Source: the human T2T-CHM13v2.0 reference genome, Homo sapiens. From it: DNA of 64,000 nucleotides. The notes beneath the pieces are model-generated. The model saw nothing but the letters and a program-made list of their open reading frames with translations, had not been told where the DNA came from and made no database searches. Shown in pieces: positions 1 through 14,109 of the stretch. Each line of letters opens with the position of its first letter. The stretch's first letter is position 1. A program made the translations under genes and the position numbers. Location: NCBI RefSeq assembly GCF_009914755.1, contig NC_060926.1; one strand, 5' to 3'.

Positions 1-810
1 TTTTATTGTCATTTTGGTTGTTCATGATTTCTCGCTATTATAAATGACGCTGTGATGGATGTTCTTGTATATATCTCTTCATGTAGAAGCACAAGAAAAT
101 TTCTGGGGTATATATCTCCCTAGGAAGGAATTGCTAAGCCACACAGGATGCACATCTACCATTCAGAATATTGCCAACTTGCTCTCCAAACATGTAGTAC
201 AAATTTGCACTCATACCAGCAGACTGATGAACCTTCCTTTTCTCCATATTCTCACCAACTCTTTGAATTTCCAGATTAAAAAAATAAATTTCGGAGTCAG
301 AAACACAAATGACATATCGCTTTTTTTGCTTGTCTCTGATTAATAATAAAGATAGTCACTTTCTCATGTGTTACTTTTTGGTGAACTACGTATTCATGTC
401 CTTTGTCCATTTTTCATTTTTTTGTAAGAATTATTTCTATATTGTGGCTATTAATTATTTGCAGATTATATGCATTGCAAATATATTCTCCTAGCCTGTG
501 CCTTGCCTTCTGTATGTATATGTAGCATTCTTTATTGAACAGATGATTTTAATTTTAACAGTTTTATTAGTTTCTTTTTTAATGGCTTATGTGCCTTAAG
601 AAGTCTTTCCTCCACAAACTTATAAAGATATTAAGCCTTATATCTTTTTAAAGTTTTAATCTTTTTTTTTCACACATAGGTAATCACTCCACCTCAAATT
701 TATTTTTATATATGATATATGGGATGAACTTAATTTTCTTTTTTTCTATATGGATAACTAATAGGTCCAGCTCCATTTATTGAATAGTGCATCCTTTCCC
801 TATTAGATCT
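1..810 (-). mobile_element. Old L1M/L1ME ORF2-3' fragment
   Basis: Diverged antisense L1 motifs (ctattataaatgacgctgtgatggat..., ttctggggtatatatctccctaggaaggaattgct, ccatttattgaatagtgcatcctttccc); boundaries approximate. Confidence 0.7.
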
Positions 811-2689
811 TGCTCAACCCTCACAATTTTAGCTAAACAACCTAACCTCTGATTTATTATAAAAGCTAATATTTACTGTATATACAATAATAACATCACA
901 CTTTTGATGATGATGGCATATGTTAATAAGCTATCTTCTCAGGCAAGATTTTTTCATGGCAAGTTTACCAAAGCTATAAAAAATGTGCAATGGAAAGGAG
1001 ACAAAAGATGTGTGTCATTATTAACAGGTAAAAACACCCCCAAAAGTTGAGGATCACCTTAATGTAATGTGGGATATACACCAAGATTGGACAGGCCAAC
1101 AGTTGTAAGGCAGTTGTAAGGCAGCCTATTGATTTATAAATTACCTTCTATCCACTTTTGGGGAAGAAAAAAATAAATATCTGCAAGGGCAAAGATTCTT
1201 TCATGCAACATAACTTCGTGAAGAAGTAGTTTTAGGACCGTAATCAGATTAAAGTTCATGATGGCTACAGACGCACTACCAGCAGGTCTGTAGAATTCCC
1301 AGGAAGCAAAGGGATAGGAGCTTCTGGGGTTTGATGTCATTCAGAGAAGCAAATGAAGTTAGTGTAACAAGTGTTGCTTCCCTACTTCTACTCTGGAAAG
1401 AAAACAGGACAATAAAGGCTTCGTGGCAAATGTGCGTGGGGTGGAGTCAAGCTTTAGGGAAGCAGCACTGTTTGCAGGGAAGATGACCTCACTGCCCTCC
1501 TCTTCAGTTCTGGTATCATTTTTGGGTGAGCTGAATCCAACCATACATCCCTGGTGAGGGGTGCTCTAAATGGCTGCCAAGATGGCCCCTCCAGTGGGCA
1601 GCACTGATTGACAGGTGCTCAGCAAGGCCTTGTTCTCCAAAGCAGGAAGAAATCCCGTTTCCTTCAGTGGCTTGCTTTTTCTTCCACCTTCCTTTCTGCC
1701 ACTTTGCCACCCTAGCCTTCCTCTACTTCTTTCTTCCTCTCTCAACTTTTTATTAAAAAAAGAAAGAAAAATCCCAGCAGGAGTTGTTGCTCCTAGTTCC
1801 CCTGGAAAAGCGAAATAAGTACTCAGCAACAGGCATTAAATATTCAGGCCTTTTGTTAAGAAAAAAATCGTCATTGTGGTTTTTCTTTCTTGAGGCCCAG
1901 GGGAGAGAAACAATGGGATTTTCTCTCTCCCTCTTCCACAGAATTCCCTCCTGAGCTTATTCTCTGGAGGTCAACAGATCCTTTTCAGCCACAGCTCACT
2001 TCAAAGGATATAAAAGCAGTAGCTTGGCTAGGAGACACAACCCCTTTGCCACAAAAACTAGCCTTGGACTCTCTGGCTGCTCCTGACAGCTCCCCCTGCC
2101 CTGGAGTGCTGCCACACTGCAGAGTCTACCCGCCCCACCGCCTGACACCCCGCACACCCCCCACTGCAGCCCCTCCACCCCCTCCCCCTTGACTGAGCTC
2201 TGATGATTATTTGAGTGTATTTATGTGTGTAACTACCCCTTGTCTCCCTTACCAGACTGATAGATTTTTTAGAGCAGGGATAAAGTCTAGCTCAATATAA
2301 TCCACATCTGATCCCTACCTAGGGTTGATCACAGAGAAAGTGCTCAGGGAGAGATCTCAGCCTGCCTCACCTGCTGACATGAGGCAGAGGCTCTCAGTGG
2401 TTCAGTCCTTTCTCGCTGAGCCTTGCCTGCAGGCCTCGAAGAACATGGCATCATTTCTAAATTTGCCTCCACCGTTCCCTTGGCCACATCAAAATCTCTA
2501 GAAGAAATGGGAGTGACAGGTCAAGGCTACGAGCTTGGTTTTTTTTGAATTTTTATTTTACTTAGGGCCACTGGTCTGTATTCATATATAAACCCAAGTC
2601 TTTGCTCTTAGGGCTCCACTTCTATAATAATTGCATTTCTCTGTGGAAAAATTAAGATGGATACTAGGATTGTCTATGCATAGTAAATA

Positions 2690-2920
2690 ACAACAGCAAA
2701 TATTTCTTGAGCACTTTATTCTGTGCATGGAACTGGGTTAAGTGTTTTTCACACAATATTGTATTTAATCCTGACAATATCTTTTTAAGTAGGCTAGTAT
2801 CTAAAATATCTAGTATCTAAAAGGTACTCTTCCTTGATGAGCAAACAGTTTGAGAGAAGTTTAGCTCCTTGCCCAAGGTCACACAGCTGGCAAATAGTAC
2901 ATTGTGACTTCAGACTCAGT
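2690..2920 (-). mobile_element. MIR SINE
   Basis: Antisense MIR core (cttgcccaaggtcacacagctgg; tatttcttgagcact). Confidence 0.75.
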
Positions 2921-4076
2921 CTCACGGTAAGGAAAAAATCTTTTCCATCTTGAAGATGTGATTTTCCATATGTAACAGTAAACTTAAAAAAAATTAAACC
3001 TCAGAAAGCAAGCTAACTTACAAAAGACCTTTTTTGTTTTCAAGATAACCTGGCAAAGAGCTGTATATTTCTCCTCTCCTGTCCCTGTCTTGTTTTCTTT
3101 CCTTCTGTCTATAGTTACATTTACACAATGCCAAACTAGTGGATCAAAACAAAAATATAGTGACACCCAGATGTAGAGAATGTCTTATGTGCATGCCACC
3201 AGGCTTTTGGCCAATTAAATGAATCTGAATTTTTTATTTGATTTTAAACTTTTCATCCAGGATTGTGGTCCCCCTATGGGGCTCTAATTCTGTGGTGTAT
3301 CTCCCTCCAACAAACTTGGAAAAAGTTATGAAATTGAAGAGGGTGAGGTGTGGGTATTTATATCAAAGCTATGGATAAAGTTTTTTAATTTTTTTTTTCT
3401 TTTTAAGAGTAAAACAGGGTCTGTACACCCATCACCATTTTTATAAAGTATTTATTTACCAATTAGTCCACACTATCAACTGGTTGATTTAATGATCTCT
3501 CACATGAGTTATGCATAACTTTTATTAATTGAGCCTGTGGAGATGAAGGGCAGATATAAATTAATGTGGAAAATGTATTGCTTGTCATTCCTTTAAGAAA
3601 ATACAGTTCTCTTCAACTATCTTTGCTGTTCATGTTTTTTCCCCCATTAAGTGTTTCTTGGATTTTAGGTAAAGAATTGCATAAGTGCCAGAGAATACTC
3701 ATAGGGATTAGGTGTTGGATTGGACCTTTCGCACTTGTTAACGTGATTAATAAGACCTTTTATTGATCTGTAACTTGATTCTTAATAGTTACATTATTTC
3801 AAAGGGAGAAGGCAATAAGCTTAAGTTAAAAGGCAACTTAGAATTTCCAACATTGCCATCAGCCACACAAGCTGCTAATGAGTTATTTTTAGGCTGTCTG
3901 CCTTTGATTCTAACCCATAGGAGAAAAATTGAAATAAATTTTCAGTAGACAGTAGGTAGTTACTCTAGAAATCTGGGATGCTTTTAAGAGGTCAGCTGAA
4001 CTGAGAACCTTTCCACCTTTGTGTTATCAGCTCGTGAAATGCAGGTTCATGCTATTGACTGTTATTCCTCTCATGC

Positions 4077-4257
4077 AGCAGTTCTCAACCTTGGCTACAC
4101 ATTGAAATCACCAGAGGAGCTTTAAAGAATATTGATCTGCTGGAGTCCCACCTCCAGAGATTCTGATGTAATTGTTCTGGGGTGTGGCCTGGCCATTGGG
4201 ATTATTTTAAAGTTCTCCAGATGACTCTAATGTGCAGCCAAGGTTGAAAATTACTGC
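4077..4257. mobile_element. MER5B-like hAT-Charlie MITE
   Basis: TIRs cagcagttctcaaccttggct / agccaaggttgaaaattactg, ~180 bp, typical internal sequence. Confidence 0.8.
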
Positions 4258-4850
4258 TCTAGGGGCATGCACAAAAAGGAAAGCTGATAAATAAGTCTTA
4301 CACATAAATTCCAGCATGTCCTCAGGTTTCTACTAGCCTAAATAATGCATCCCAGGTGAGTAATGTAGTACTCATAGTAATTCTTTGTGTCCTGAGCCAA
4401 GAAGAGTTTCAGGAGTCACTTGAGCATGTCTTCATTTTATGCAGTTGGGGAGGACCCAAAAAAAGTATCAGTTCTTATACCCAACTCCCCTCTGAAAGCT
4501 TCAGACAGAAAAAAAAAGCAACATGGATGTGCTACCTGCTCACCTCCACCTCCCGCCTGCATTGTAGAGCCTTGAGCTCTTGCAGAACCATCCTCAATTT
4601 TTTACACCTTTTTGTAGTTTTTCAGGAGTGGACACACTAGGCACAGGTACTTTCTTGGCCTGGCCCCCTTGTGAGATCTGTGAGATGATCAGCTAGCATT
4701 AGGGGTACCGTTTGTGGGCAGTACAACAGTCCAAGTGATCAGGACACCTATAGCTCTGGCCTTACCAGCAACAGGCTCTGAACAAGCAATAAGTAAGGAA
4801 ATCGAGTCACAGTTCTTGGAGTTGGAAACCACTTCAAGAAATCACACAGT

Positions 4851-5125
4851 GGCCAGGCGTGGTGGCTCACGCCTGTAATCCCAGCACTTTAGGAGGCTGA
4901 GGCGGGTGGATCACTTGAGGCCAGGAGTTCGAGACTGACCTGGCTAACATGGCGAAACCCTGTCTCTACTAAAAATATTAAGATAAAAGTTTGCCGGGCA
5001 TGGTGGCGCGTGCCTGTAGTCCCAGCTACTTGGGAGGCTGAGGCAGGCCAGGGGGAGGTTGCATTCCAGCCTGGGCCACAGAGGAGACTTTGTCTCAAAA
5101 CAAAACAAAAAACAAACAAACAAAC
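4851..5125 (+). mobile_element. AluS with two deletions in the right arm
   Basis: Alu consensus, (CAAA)n tail, TSD-like aaatcacac on both sides. Confidence 0.95.
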
Positions 5126-6446
5126 AAAAATCACACAAGTGTTTGTTCAGGGAAAGAAGGTTTTATTGTCCTCAGTTAGGAAGCAGCACCTTTGGCGGAG
5201 TGAATTTACTAAGCAGTGGAGTGAAAACTGGAAACTAGAATGCAGATCTTTTTCTAGTAAACACTATATTATAATCCAAAAGTATATCTCTAGATTCCTT
5301 TGTGTTTGGTCTTTGACTTTGTGGGATGTAGCCATTTGTTTTGGTTGCCTTAGCCCTGTGACCTAAAGTTCACAGGTCCAATCATTTTGCAGTTCCTCTG
5401 CACTAGACTCAACAGAAACATAAGGCTCAGAGCAGTAATTTTCACAGCAGCCTGGACCTCACCAACGTGATTTATGTGTTTTTACTTGGAGAATATACTT
5501 TAATGCTGAGATTTTTCTGATTATCTTTTTGTGTGCACCCGCTCACCACATGGGCTCTTAATTTAGAAAATATTTAGCAATTACATGTGGAGTTGATACT
5601 TTACATAAAAGCAAAAATGGTGCCTGTTATGTATGTTACTAAAAATTTTGATGTCTTTTATTTTTCTGGCAACAGAGATACATGACCCAAAGAAATGGCT
5701 CATTATTTTTCATTTTCTGTGAGATGAAAAGTTCTTAATTTAAAAGTGGATCTGCCCCTGGAATAAAGGTCACATGGTAGAAGTTTTCGTTTTAGTGGTC
5801 CTGAAGCCTTTGCCAGGCACCAGAGATACTGCTGTGTACTCATAAATTTTAATTACTGATGGCTGGGAGCCAAATCTAAGTTTGATTTGAACTAATTCTA
5901 AAATTTTGTGAAATTAATTTTGATGTCAAAATCAGATATCTTGGCAGCCTTTTAGAACATAATTCTTCCAGAACTTCTACTTTGACAATTGATTATCCAA
6001 ATATTTAAGAGTTTGTATAAACAACACTCAACTAAAAGCTTTGGAACTCAATTCGTATGGATTTTCTCCTTTTAATGAATGAATATGTTGGTTTTCTCTC
6101 TTGCCAAGTCTACCCAATGCCAACAAAGCAAGAATTTCAGCATTTTTGCTGAAGGGTCACTTTGTGATAAGAGAAAAATTACATAAACATCTGTGCTACC
6201 AGTTGTGTAAAAGTGTAGCACATACACATGTATATTACATAATTTTAGATAATGATAATACTGACTTATGTATTTACTATACTGTACTTTTTATTATTAT
6301 GCCTTCTACTTATAAAACAATGTGTGCTGTAAGACAGTATGCCATGTTATGCCAGCAGCAGCCTCATACATCTTGTGTTTACCACATCTCTTGATTGCAT
6401 CATTTTCTCTTGTGCTTGATTTAATCTCATGTTGTTTTGTTCATTA

Positions 6447-8586
6447 TGGCCCCTAAGTGTACAAAACTTATGGCTAATGTTGCCAGTAAGAGGCCACATT
6501 GAGTGACTGACCTCGAAATAAAAGTGATTAAGAACCACTTAATTACAAAGGTAGAAAGTCAGTGATGGTTATTGCTCACCAGTCAGGTACGTCCTATTCC
6601 ACCATAGCTATGATCTTGAAGAACAAGAGCAAAGTGATGGAAGTTGTTAAGGGATCGGCTTTATTGAAAATAATGAGACTCACAAAAATGCAAGAAGGGT
6701 CTGTATCACATATAGAGAAACTTTTAATGACCTGGACTGATGGCCAATCACAGAAGCACATTCTTCTCAGTACCATAATGATCACAGCCCAGGCAGAAGG
6801 TTTGTTTGCAGTGTAAAAGAAAGGCCAGACCTGACTACAGTGTTGAATTTACTGTTAGCTGTAGATGATTTAAACAATTCAAGACTTGTTATTCACTACA
6901 TAATGCAAAAGTGAGCACTGAATCTGTGAGTGCTGATATGAAAGCAGCTGAAGAATTTTTGGAAACTCTAGATAAGCTGATTATGGAGGAAAATTACTTG
7001 TCAGAGCAAATTTTCAGTATGGATGAAACCTCCCTATTCTAGAAATAGATCTCTACATGGACTTATACATATGGAGGCCATATGGACAAGTCAATGTCAG
7101 GTTTCAAGGCTTTTAAGAAGAGGATAACAGTCTTGGTTGGGGGGAGTGTTGAAGGCTACAAATTAAAACCCTTTGTGATCTGGCACTATGAGAACCCCAG
7201 GGACTTCAAGTATATCAATAAACACACACAAGACAGGCTTGGTGACTCACTTCTGTAATCCTAGCCCTTTGGGAGGCCGAGGAGGGTGGATCCCTTCAGG
7301 CTAAGAACTTCAAGACAGCCTGGGCAACATAGTGAGACTTCATCTCTATACAAAAAAAAGAAAAAAAAAATTAGCCGGGTGTAGTGGCACATACCTGTAG
7401 TCCTAGCTACTCAGGAGGCTGAGGCAGGAGGATTTCTTAAGCCCAGGATTTTGAGGTTGTAGTAAGCAAGGATCTTGCCATTGCACTCCAGCCTGGGTGA
7501 TAGAGCAAGACCCTGGCTCAAAAAAAGGGAGAGGGCACACAGTGCCAGTGTACTACAGGAGCAATAAGAAGTCAGGGTTGACTCAACTCCTCTTCCAGGA
7601 TGCCCTCCTGAATTGCTATGCCAGTGAAATGAAGTACCGTTTGGAGAATACCTTCCAAGATTTTGCATATTGTTGATGATGCTCCCACACAGTCTTCTTT
7701 TATTGACGATCTTTATCCCAACATCAAAGTGGCATTTCTCCTTCCAAATATCACCCCTGACCCAACCAATGGATCAAGGAGTTATAGCAGCTTTTAAGGT
7801 CTACTGCCTGAAGAGGACCTTTGTTCAAGCTATTGCTGCAGCTGAGGAAGACACTGAGAAAACACTGATGCAATTCTGGAAGGATTATAACATCTATGAC
7901 TGCATCAGGAACCTTGCTTGGGCATGGGGTAATGTCACCAAAGAATCTATGAATGTCATCTGGAAGATGACACTCAAGAGGTTCATCCATGATTTTAAAG
8001 AATTTGCCAACGTTGCAAAAATCAACAAGGCTGTGGTTGAGACGGCCAACAACTTTAACCTGGGTGTGAATAAGAATGAGATTGGGAGCTTCCAGAAGTG
8101 ATTCCTGAGGAATTAACTAATAGTTAGTTACTGGAACTGGAACAAGAACATGTAGCTGAAGAAGAGGCAAGAGAAAAGGAAACTACAGGAGAAGATGAAA
8201 AAAAGAAGAATCCCCAAGAAAATTCAGGGTTTAGCAGAAGTTTTGCAGACCTCAAGAAGCTCCTTAAAAAGTTTGATATCATGGACCCCAACACTGAAAG
8301 GTTTTCGATAATACAGAGGATGTTCGTGGTGTATTATCTGCTTACAAGAAAACCTATAATGAAAAAAAGAAACGAACCAAGTAAACTACTATGGACATTA
8401 TTTCTGAAAAGAGTGACACCACCTCCTCAAGAAGAGCCTCAGGCAGGTCCTTTAGGAGGTGTTTCAGAAGGCATTGTTGTCATAGGAGATGACAGATCCG
8501 TGCATATTCTTGCCTCTGAAGACCTTCCAGTGGGACAAGATATGGAGGTAGAAGACAGTGATATAGATGATCCTGATCTTGTGTAG
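6447..8586 (+). pseudogene. Decayed pogo/Tigger transposase (CENP-B-type HTH + DDE), many stops and frameshifts, interrupted by an AluJ
   Basis: Fragments STIAMILKNK...IEKLLMTW (HTH), IFSMDETSLF near 7010-7040, QPMDQGVIAAFK within ORF 7670-8101. Confidence 0.85.
7231..7526 (+). mobile_element. AluJ inserted in Tigger3
   Basis: AluJ-type motifs (gggcaacatagtgagac, ggaggatttcttaagcccagg). Confidence 0.9.
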
Positions 8587-10711
8587 GCCTAGGTTAATGT
8601 ATATGTTTTTGTCTTAGTTTTTAACAAAAAAAAGTTTTAAAAGTAAAAAAAATTTTAAATAGAAAAAAGCTTATAGAATAAAGATATAAAGAAAATGTTT
8701 TTGTACAGCTGCACAATGTGTTTATGTTTTGAGCTAAGTGTTATTATGAGTCAAAACATTTAGAAAATTTAAGTTTATAAGGTTAAAAAGTTACAGTAAG
8801 CTAAGGTTAATTTATTATTGAAGAAAGAAACAATTTTAAATAAATTTAGTGTAGTCTAAGTGTATAGTGTTTATAAACTCTGGCAATGTATAGTAATGTC
8901 CTTCGCATTCACTCACTGACGCACCCAGTGCAACTTCCAATCCTGTAAGCATCATTTATGTCAAGTGCCCTATACAGAGGTACCATTTTTTATCTTTCAT
9001 ATCTATTTTTACTGTGCCTTTTCTATGTTTAGATACACAAATACCATCGTATTGTAATTGCCTATTGTAATATGATGTACAGGTTTGTAGCCTAGGAGCA
9101 AAGGCTGTACTGTATTAACCTAGGTATGTAGTAGGCTGTACTGTCTAGGTTTGTGTAAGTACTCTATGAAGTTTACACAATAACAAAATCACCTAACAAC
9201 ACATTTCTCAGAACATTATCCCCATCATGAAGTGATATATGCCTGTATATACGTGATATGAGAAGTTACTTTCCAGGACAAAATTCTTGTTACAGTTACT
9301 TTCTCTAAACAGAACCAAAAGGGATAGGAGAGTAAATGTTTTCTATGGGTAAAAGGACAAAGATTTTTTTAAATGAGGGGTTTCTTTCTCAAAAGTTCTA
9401 TCTTAACTTTTCTCCTTATAGTACAAGAGTAGACACCTAAGGTGGTTGGAAGAAATGGAAATACTCCTTCATATTTTGGTTTTACAGCCAGCAAAATTTC
9501 TTATTATATCCCCACCCCACCCTCACACCCCTACATTAACATATTTTTTTAAGTTACCTGTAATGAGGGAGCCAGAACCCACCAAATGTACCTCTTCTCA
9601 CACCAGCTGAGGCTACTTTCTTCAAACATTTCCTTGCCCATTACCAGAAGTAGTATACTATATATGATTGATTGATTTTTTTTTTTTTTTTGCCTCAAAA
9701 CTCTCTGAATCTACAAAATTCAGTTACCTGAAAGATCTTCCTTTTTGTATTTTCCTGCATGGAACTGAGCTAAGAAAAATCTGGCTGAATTTGGAGAAGA
9801 AAAAGTGGTCTGCTGCAGAGAAACCCAAAAGGGGAGAGTCGGTGGTGGGGTGCTACACTTGGACACCAGATTTAGAATTGCCTGGACCATGGGTCGTAGT
9901 ATTCACAGTGGCTTCTCTCCCTCAGGCCCTCTAGGGTGCTGCAGGGAGAAACGTTTGGCCGCAATACTCTACACTCACAGTCTCTCAGATTTTGGCTTTG
10001 CAGTGGGATCTTAGAGTCAATTACCTTGAGAGACTATGTCTCAATATTCAGAGGCCACAGACTTCTGCTAAAATGGGCTGGAGAAGAAAAAGGACATAAT
10101 AACAGATTTGCTCTCAACGTTTAAAAGTGAACATTATCAAAGTGGGCCTTTGGATGCTTGATTACTTCTCTCTCCCAACTTGGAGCTTTATTTTTCCCAA
10201 TTGCCTCAGGTGTAGGTAATTTTTTCTTTAGGAAAATCTATTGACATAATTATTAATTTAGGTTTTTGATTGCTCTCCTTTGAGCATCAGCGGATTCCTG
10301 TGGACTTAAGAGATTGTACAGTATCAATATGTGTCTGCAACTTCAGACCTTCACAAAGGCTCATCTCATTTCCAGGAGGCCTAAAACTCTTGGGTGTCTG
10401 TATTAAAGGTTCATAGACCCTCTAGTATTTCTCATGATCATGCTAAATGAGTTCAAACTACTTTCTCTGAGATCAAAAATTAAAAATCAAAGAGATGTCA
10501 GGGTTGTAAACCACACCTTTTCACATTCAATGGACAAAAGAGATTTTCTGTGAAAATGTGAGGTTAATGACAAAGAGGTTAGTGACAGCAAAGGGTGGCT
10601 AACACAGTCATCAGTTGGCAGGTCTAGTGTAGAAAGGGAGGGTGCAGCAGAGCAGGACAAAGACTTTTTTTTTTCTTTTGTGGAAAATTCTCCCACAGAT
10701 TTTCAGCCCTG

Positions 10712-10825
10712 CAATCATAGAACTTTAGAATTAAAAAGGATTTTAGTGATTATCTATTCCAACCCTCTTGTTTCAGGGGTTAGGAACTAAAGCCCAGAGC
10801 ATGTGATTGGCCCAAGGCCACTACC
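10712..10825 (-). mobile_element. MIR3/MIR fragment
   Basis: atcatagaactttagaatt...tatctattccaaccc...cccaaggccac. Confidence 0.55.
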
Positions 10826-11029
10826 TTTCCTGGTTAACTTTCTTAATGTCTCTTCCCCCATACTTCTGCCAAAAGAATAATGTATATACAGAATGCACCA
10901 GTATTACGTATTGAACTTAAAAACACATTAAACTTGGTCGTAGAAATCTAGAACCAGCTGCAAATGTTTACTTCCAGAAGTTCAACCATTTTGCAATAAA
11001 CATGCAGTTGCTTCTCAACTCAAGGCAGT

Positions 11030-11240
11030 ATATTCCATTATTAAACACGTACTCCATACCAAGCATTATCTTATACACATTATCTTATTCAATTCCCACA
11101 ATAATTCTGTTGAAGTTGATTTTTTAATTCCCACCTACAATGTGGAAAGTGAGGTATGAAGAGGTTAAATCATTTGCCCAAAATCCCATACCCAGTGCTG
11201 GGATTCCAACCAGATCTACCTGAGCCAAAGCCCTCACCAT
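11030..11240 (-). mobile_element. MIR fragment
   Basis: gaggttaaatcatttgcccaa...gggattccaacc. Confidence 0.6.
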
Positions 11241-11920
11241 AACCATATCACTAAAATTGTTCTCGTATGTGCCATTCTGTTGATAGAGGTACTTTTTGAG
11301 GATGTTTCAGGCGTGGCAGGGTAGAAATATCCCTAAAAAGCTTTATATTATTGTGAAGTTGGTGGTAAAGGGCCAACCTGGCAATACTAATGAGGCTGTT
11401 CTTCAAAGACATAGGATTCAAGTGAAAGTTTCTCTTTAATAAGACCATTCCCTACACCCTGGGTGAAGAGGAAAGAGAAATAAAGATTTGCAGAATTTTG
11501 GGGCAAGAAGAAAGATTAGAAAGCCTCCCCAAACACCTCAATAAACCCATGAGAAAACCACAGCTTAGAGAAATTAAGAGCCTTGCCACCATTTCTAGGT
11601 TAAAACAAAATGAGTGAATGAATTGGCCGGCAAAGAGAAGATAAGGCAATTCACATTTATTGAACACTTACTGTGTACCAGGCCCTGTCCCTGGGTGCTG
11701 TTTGAATTTCCTTTCCTTTCATCTGTCCCCTTCACTGACCATAAGGTTCATGAGGGCAGGGCAGGGATCATGTACATTCTCTTTAGTGAAGTATCCTTGG
11801 TGCCCATCACATGGCCATGGTAGATGCTCAATAAATATTTCTGACTGTTGGAATACATTAATGAATGAATCACTCACCAACTCTAGGGGGTCTTACCATC
11901 TCTTACATCTCTTTCTCTCT

Positions 11921-12197
11921 GTCTATCCATATAGATAGATATAGATACATATAGATATATAGACAGATATATCTATATCTGTTTTATGAGATAGATATAT
12001 ATAGATATCTAGATATCTAGATCTATATATAGATATATATCTATAGATAGAGATTATATACCTAAATAGGTAGATAGATAGATGGATACATAGATACATA
12101 GATCTCTAGATAAATCTATTTACATCTCTTTCTGTACATAGATCTGTCTGTCTATAGCGAGAGGAGGAGATAGATTTCTAGAAAGAGAGAGAGAGAG
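11921..12197. repeat. Complex TAGA/TATC/GA low-complexity repeat containing short palindromes
   Basis: Directly visible; adjoins the tail end of an AluJ. Confidence 0.85.
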
Positions 12198-12520
<323 letters not shown>

Positions 12521-13039
12521 TGACCCAAAACAACTTACCCAGGTTCATAGAGTTTACCTAAGTCAGTTGATTGCAAGGTGCATAGCCCCTTGTATACATC
12601 AGCACAGAAAAGCTACATCACCAAGCTGATAAGCAGATCTGAATATCAGCTAACACTGGCTCTCTCCTGCCTCTTAGCAAGAGCTGGAGAACAAAGACCC
12701 AAATGAGGTCTGTTAGTCCTAAGATGTTGTTATTATTCACAATACATACTGGGATCTACTTATAGTATGCTGTGAGACATCATAAGTAATTAAAAGAGAA
12801 CTGCACATCTTAAAATAAATGAGCTCTATACACTTGAACATGAATGCAGCCTTGGCCTTCCACTGTTTTGTTTCCAGCTCTCTATGATGTGCACCTTAGT
12901 AGTCATTAGTCAGGAGCAACTGCAAGATTTTCCTATATCATGAAACATCCAAACATTTTTCCTAGAGAATCTATGTTATTTCTTGGGGCTCGCTGATATT
13001 GTACATTCTGATATTCATAAAGACACTGTCACCAACTGT

Positions 13040-13620
13040 TAGTGGTGTCAGCCCAGCATTCCTTCTCATCCACTTTGATCATGTTACCTTCCTTCCTTTG
13101 GAAAATTATACCCTAACATACACACTGTTTATGGTTCTGATGGGGCCGTCAGGCATATTACACTAAACCCTGGCCAGAACTTTGGGTATGTGACCCAAGC
13201 TCATCTATCCGAATCAACTATCTCCCTGATCACTGTAATTGGTCCAGAGTAGGACAAATGCCTCAAGTTAGGCCTCTCTGAGACTTTATATATGGCTACC
13301 TCTTGACCTCCAAATCCCATCCTCCTGCCCTGTCATTTCTACCACCACCGCCATGGCCAAGTAGAGGAAGGCTGTACGAAGTTAAAAAAAAGTATCGTCA
13401 GTGCATGGCGAAGCTAGGGAGAAGAGAGCGGAGATGAGAGATGAGGAGAGGAGAGACTCTAGGCTTGCAGGGGACAGCAGGAGACAGAAGATACAGGTTA
13501 CATGATTTTAGTCCCTGGAATACCTGAAGCCAGCTCTTCTAGTAAGCCAGTGTTTCCTATGTTGGGTAAACACATTTGCAGTGGTTTCTGTCATTTGCAG
13601 CTAACAGACATCTAACAAAT
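13040..13620 (+). mobile_element. MLT1 (MaLR) LTR, old subfamily
   Basis: 3' end ggtttctgtcatttgcagctaacagacatctaacaaat and internal tgtgacccaagc...gattggtcc-type motifs; boundaries approximate. Confidence 0.6.
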
Positions 13621-13901
13621 TTTCTAATAGCAAATAGGAATTTTACCACAGGTTTCAAGGGAGAGAGGAACATGATGGCTAACTTTGTACTGTGAATTCA
13701 TTGCCTGAGGCTGGCAGGGCCTGAACATCCCACCCAGTAGCAGATGTGTTGAGGTAGACTGTGCTTCAAGCTAAGACTTACCCTTTGTGTGCAAATCCCA
13801 ATCCCATCTATATTCCAGTCACCACCTCCTCCTTGCAGCCTTTCCTACCTTGCTTTTCTCTGGTTGTTCCAATCTGCCCAATGAGTATGCACTCTTTCCC
13901 A

Positions 13902-13902
13902 G

Positions 13903-13939
<37 letters not shown>
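13902..13939. repeat. (GC)4(AC)n microsatellite
   Basis: gcgcgcgcacacac... directly visible. Confidence 0.95.
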
Positions 13940-13942
<3 letters not shown>

Positions 13943-14109
13943 TTGCTATCACTTTCCTCTCTACTTTCCTGAAGGCGGCAACTACCAGGTACAGAAGGTA
14001 ATCATTAAATCCTCATTGGCTGCTCTTGACCCAGCTGAATTTGTGGTGTGAAGAGGATCTAAGGACAGTGTCGTGCCCCAGGCTTCTGAGAAAGAACCTG
14101 TGCAGGAGA

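Larger units (their letters stand above)
6183..9245 (+). mobile_element. Tigger3/Golem (pogo-family) DNA transposon, near full length, left end missing
   Basis: Right end matches the Tigger3/MER7 terminus (catttctcagaacattatccccatcatgaagtgatatatgcctg) followed by TA; internal transposase remnants. Confidence 0.85.

Noticed and set aside
1890-2192. Proline-rich 100-aa ORF
   Set aside because: Starts at TTG, results from a C-rich low-complexity stretch, and I recognise no homology
4889-5366. Alu-derived ORFs here and at many other Alus
   Set aside because: Standard translations of Alu sequence (e.g. [13 protein letters not shown])
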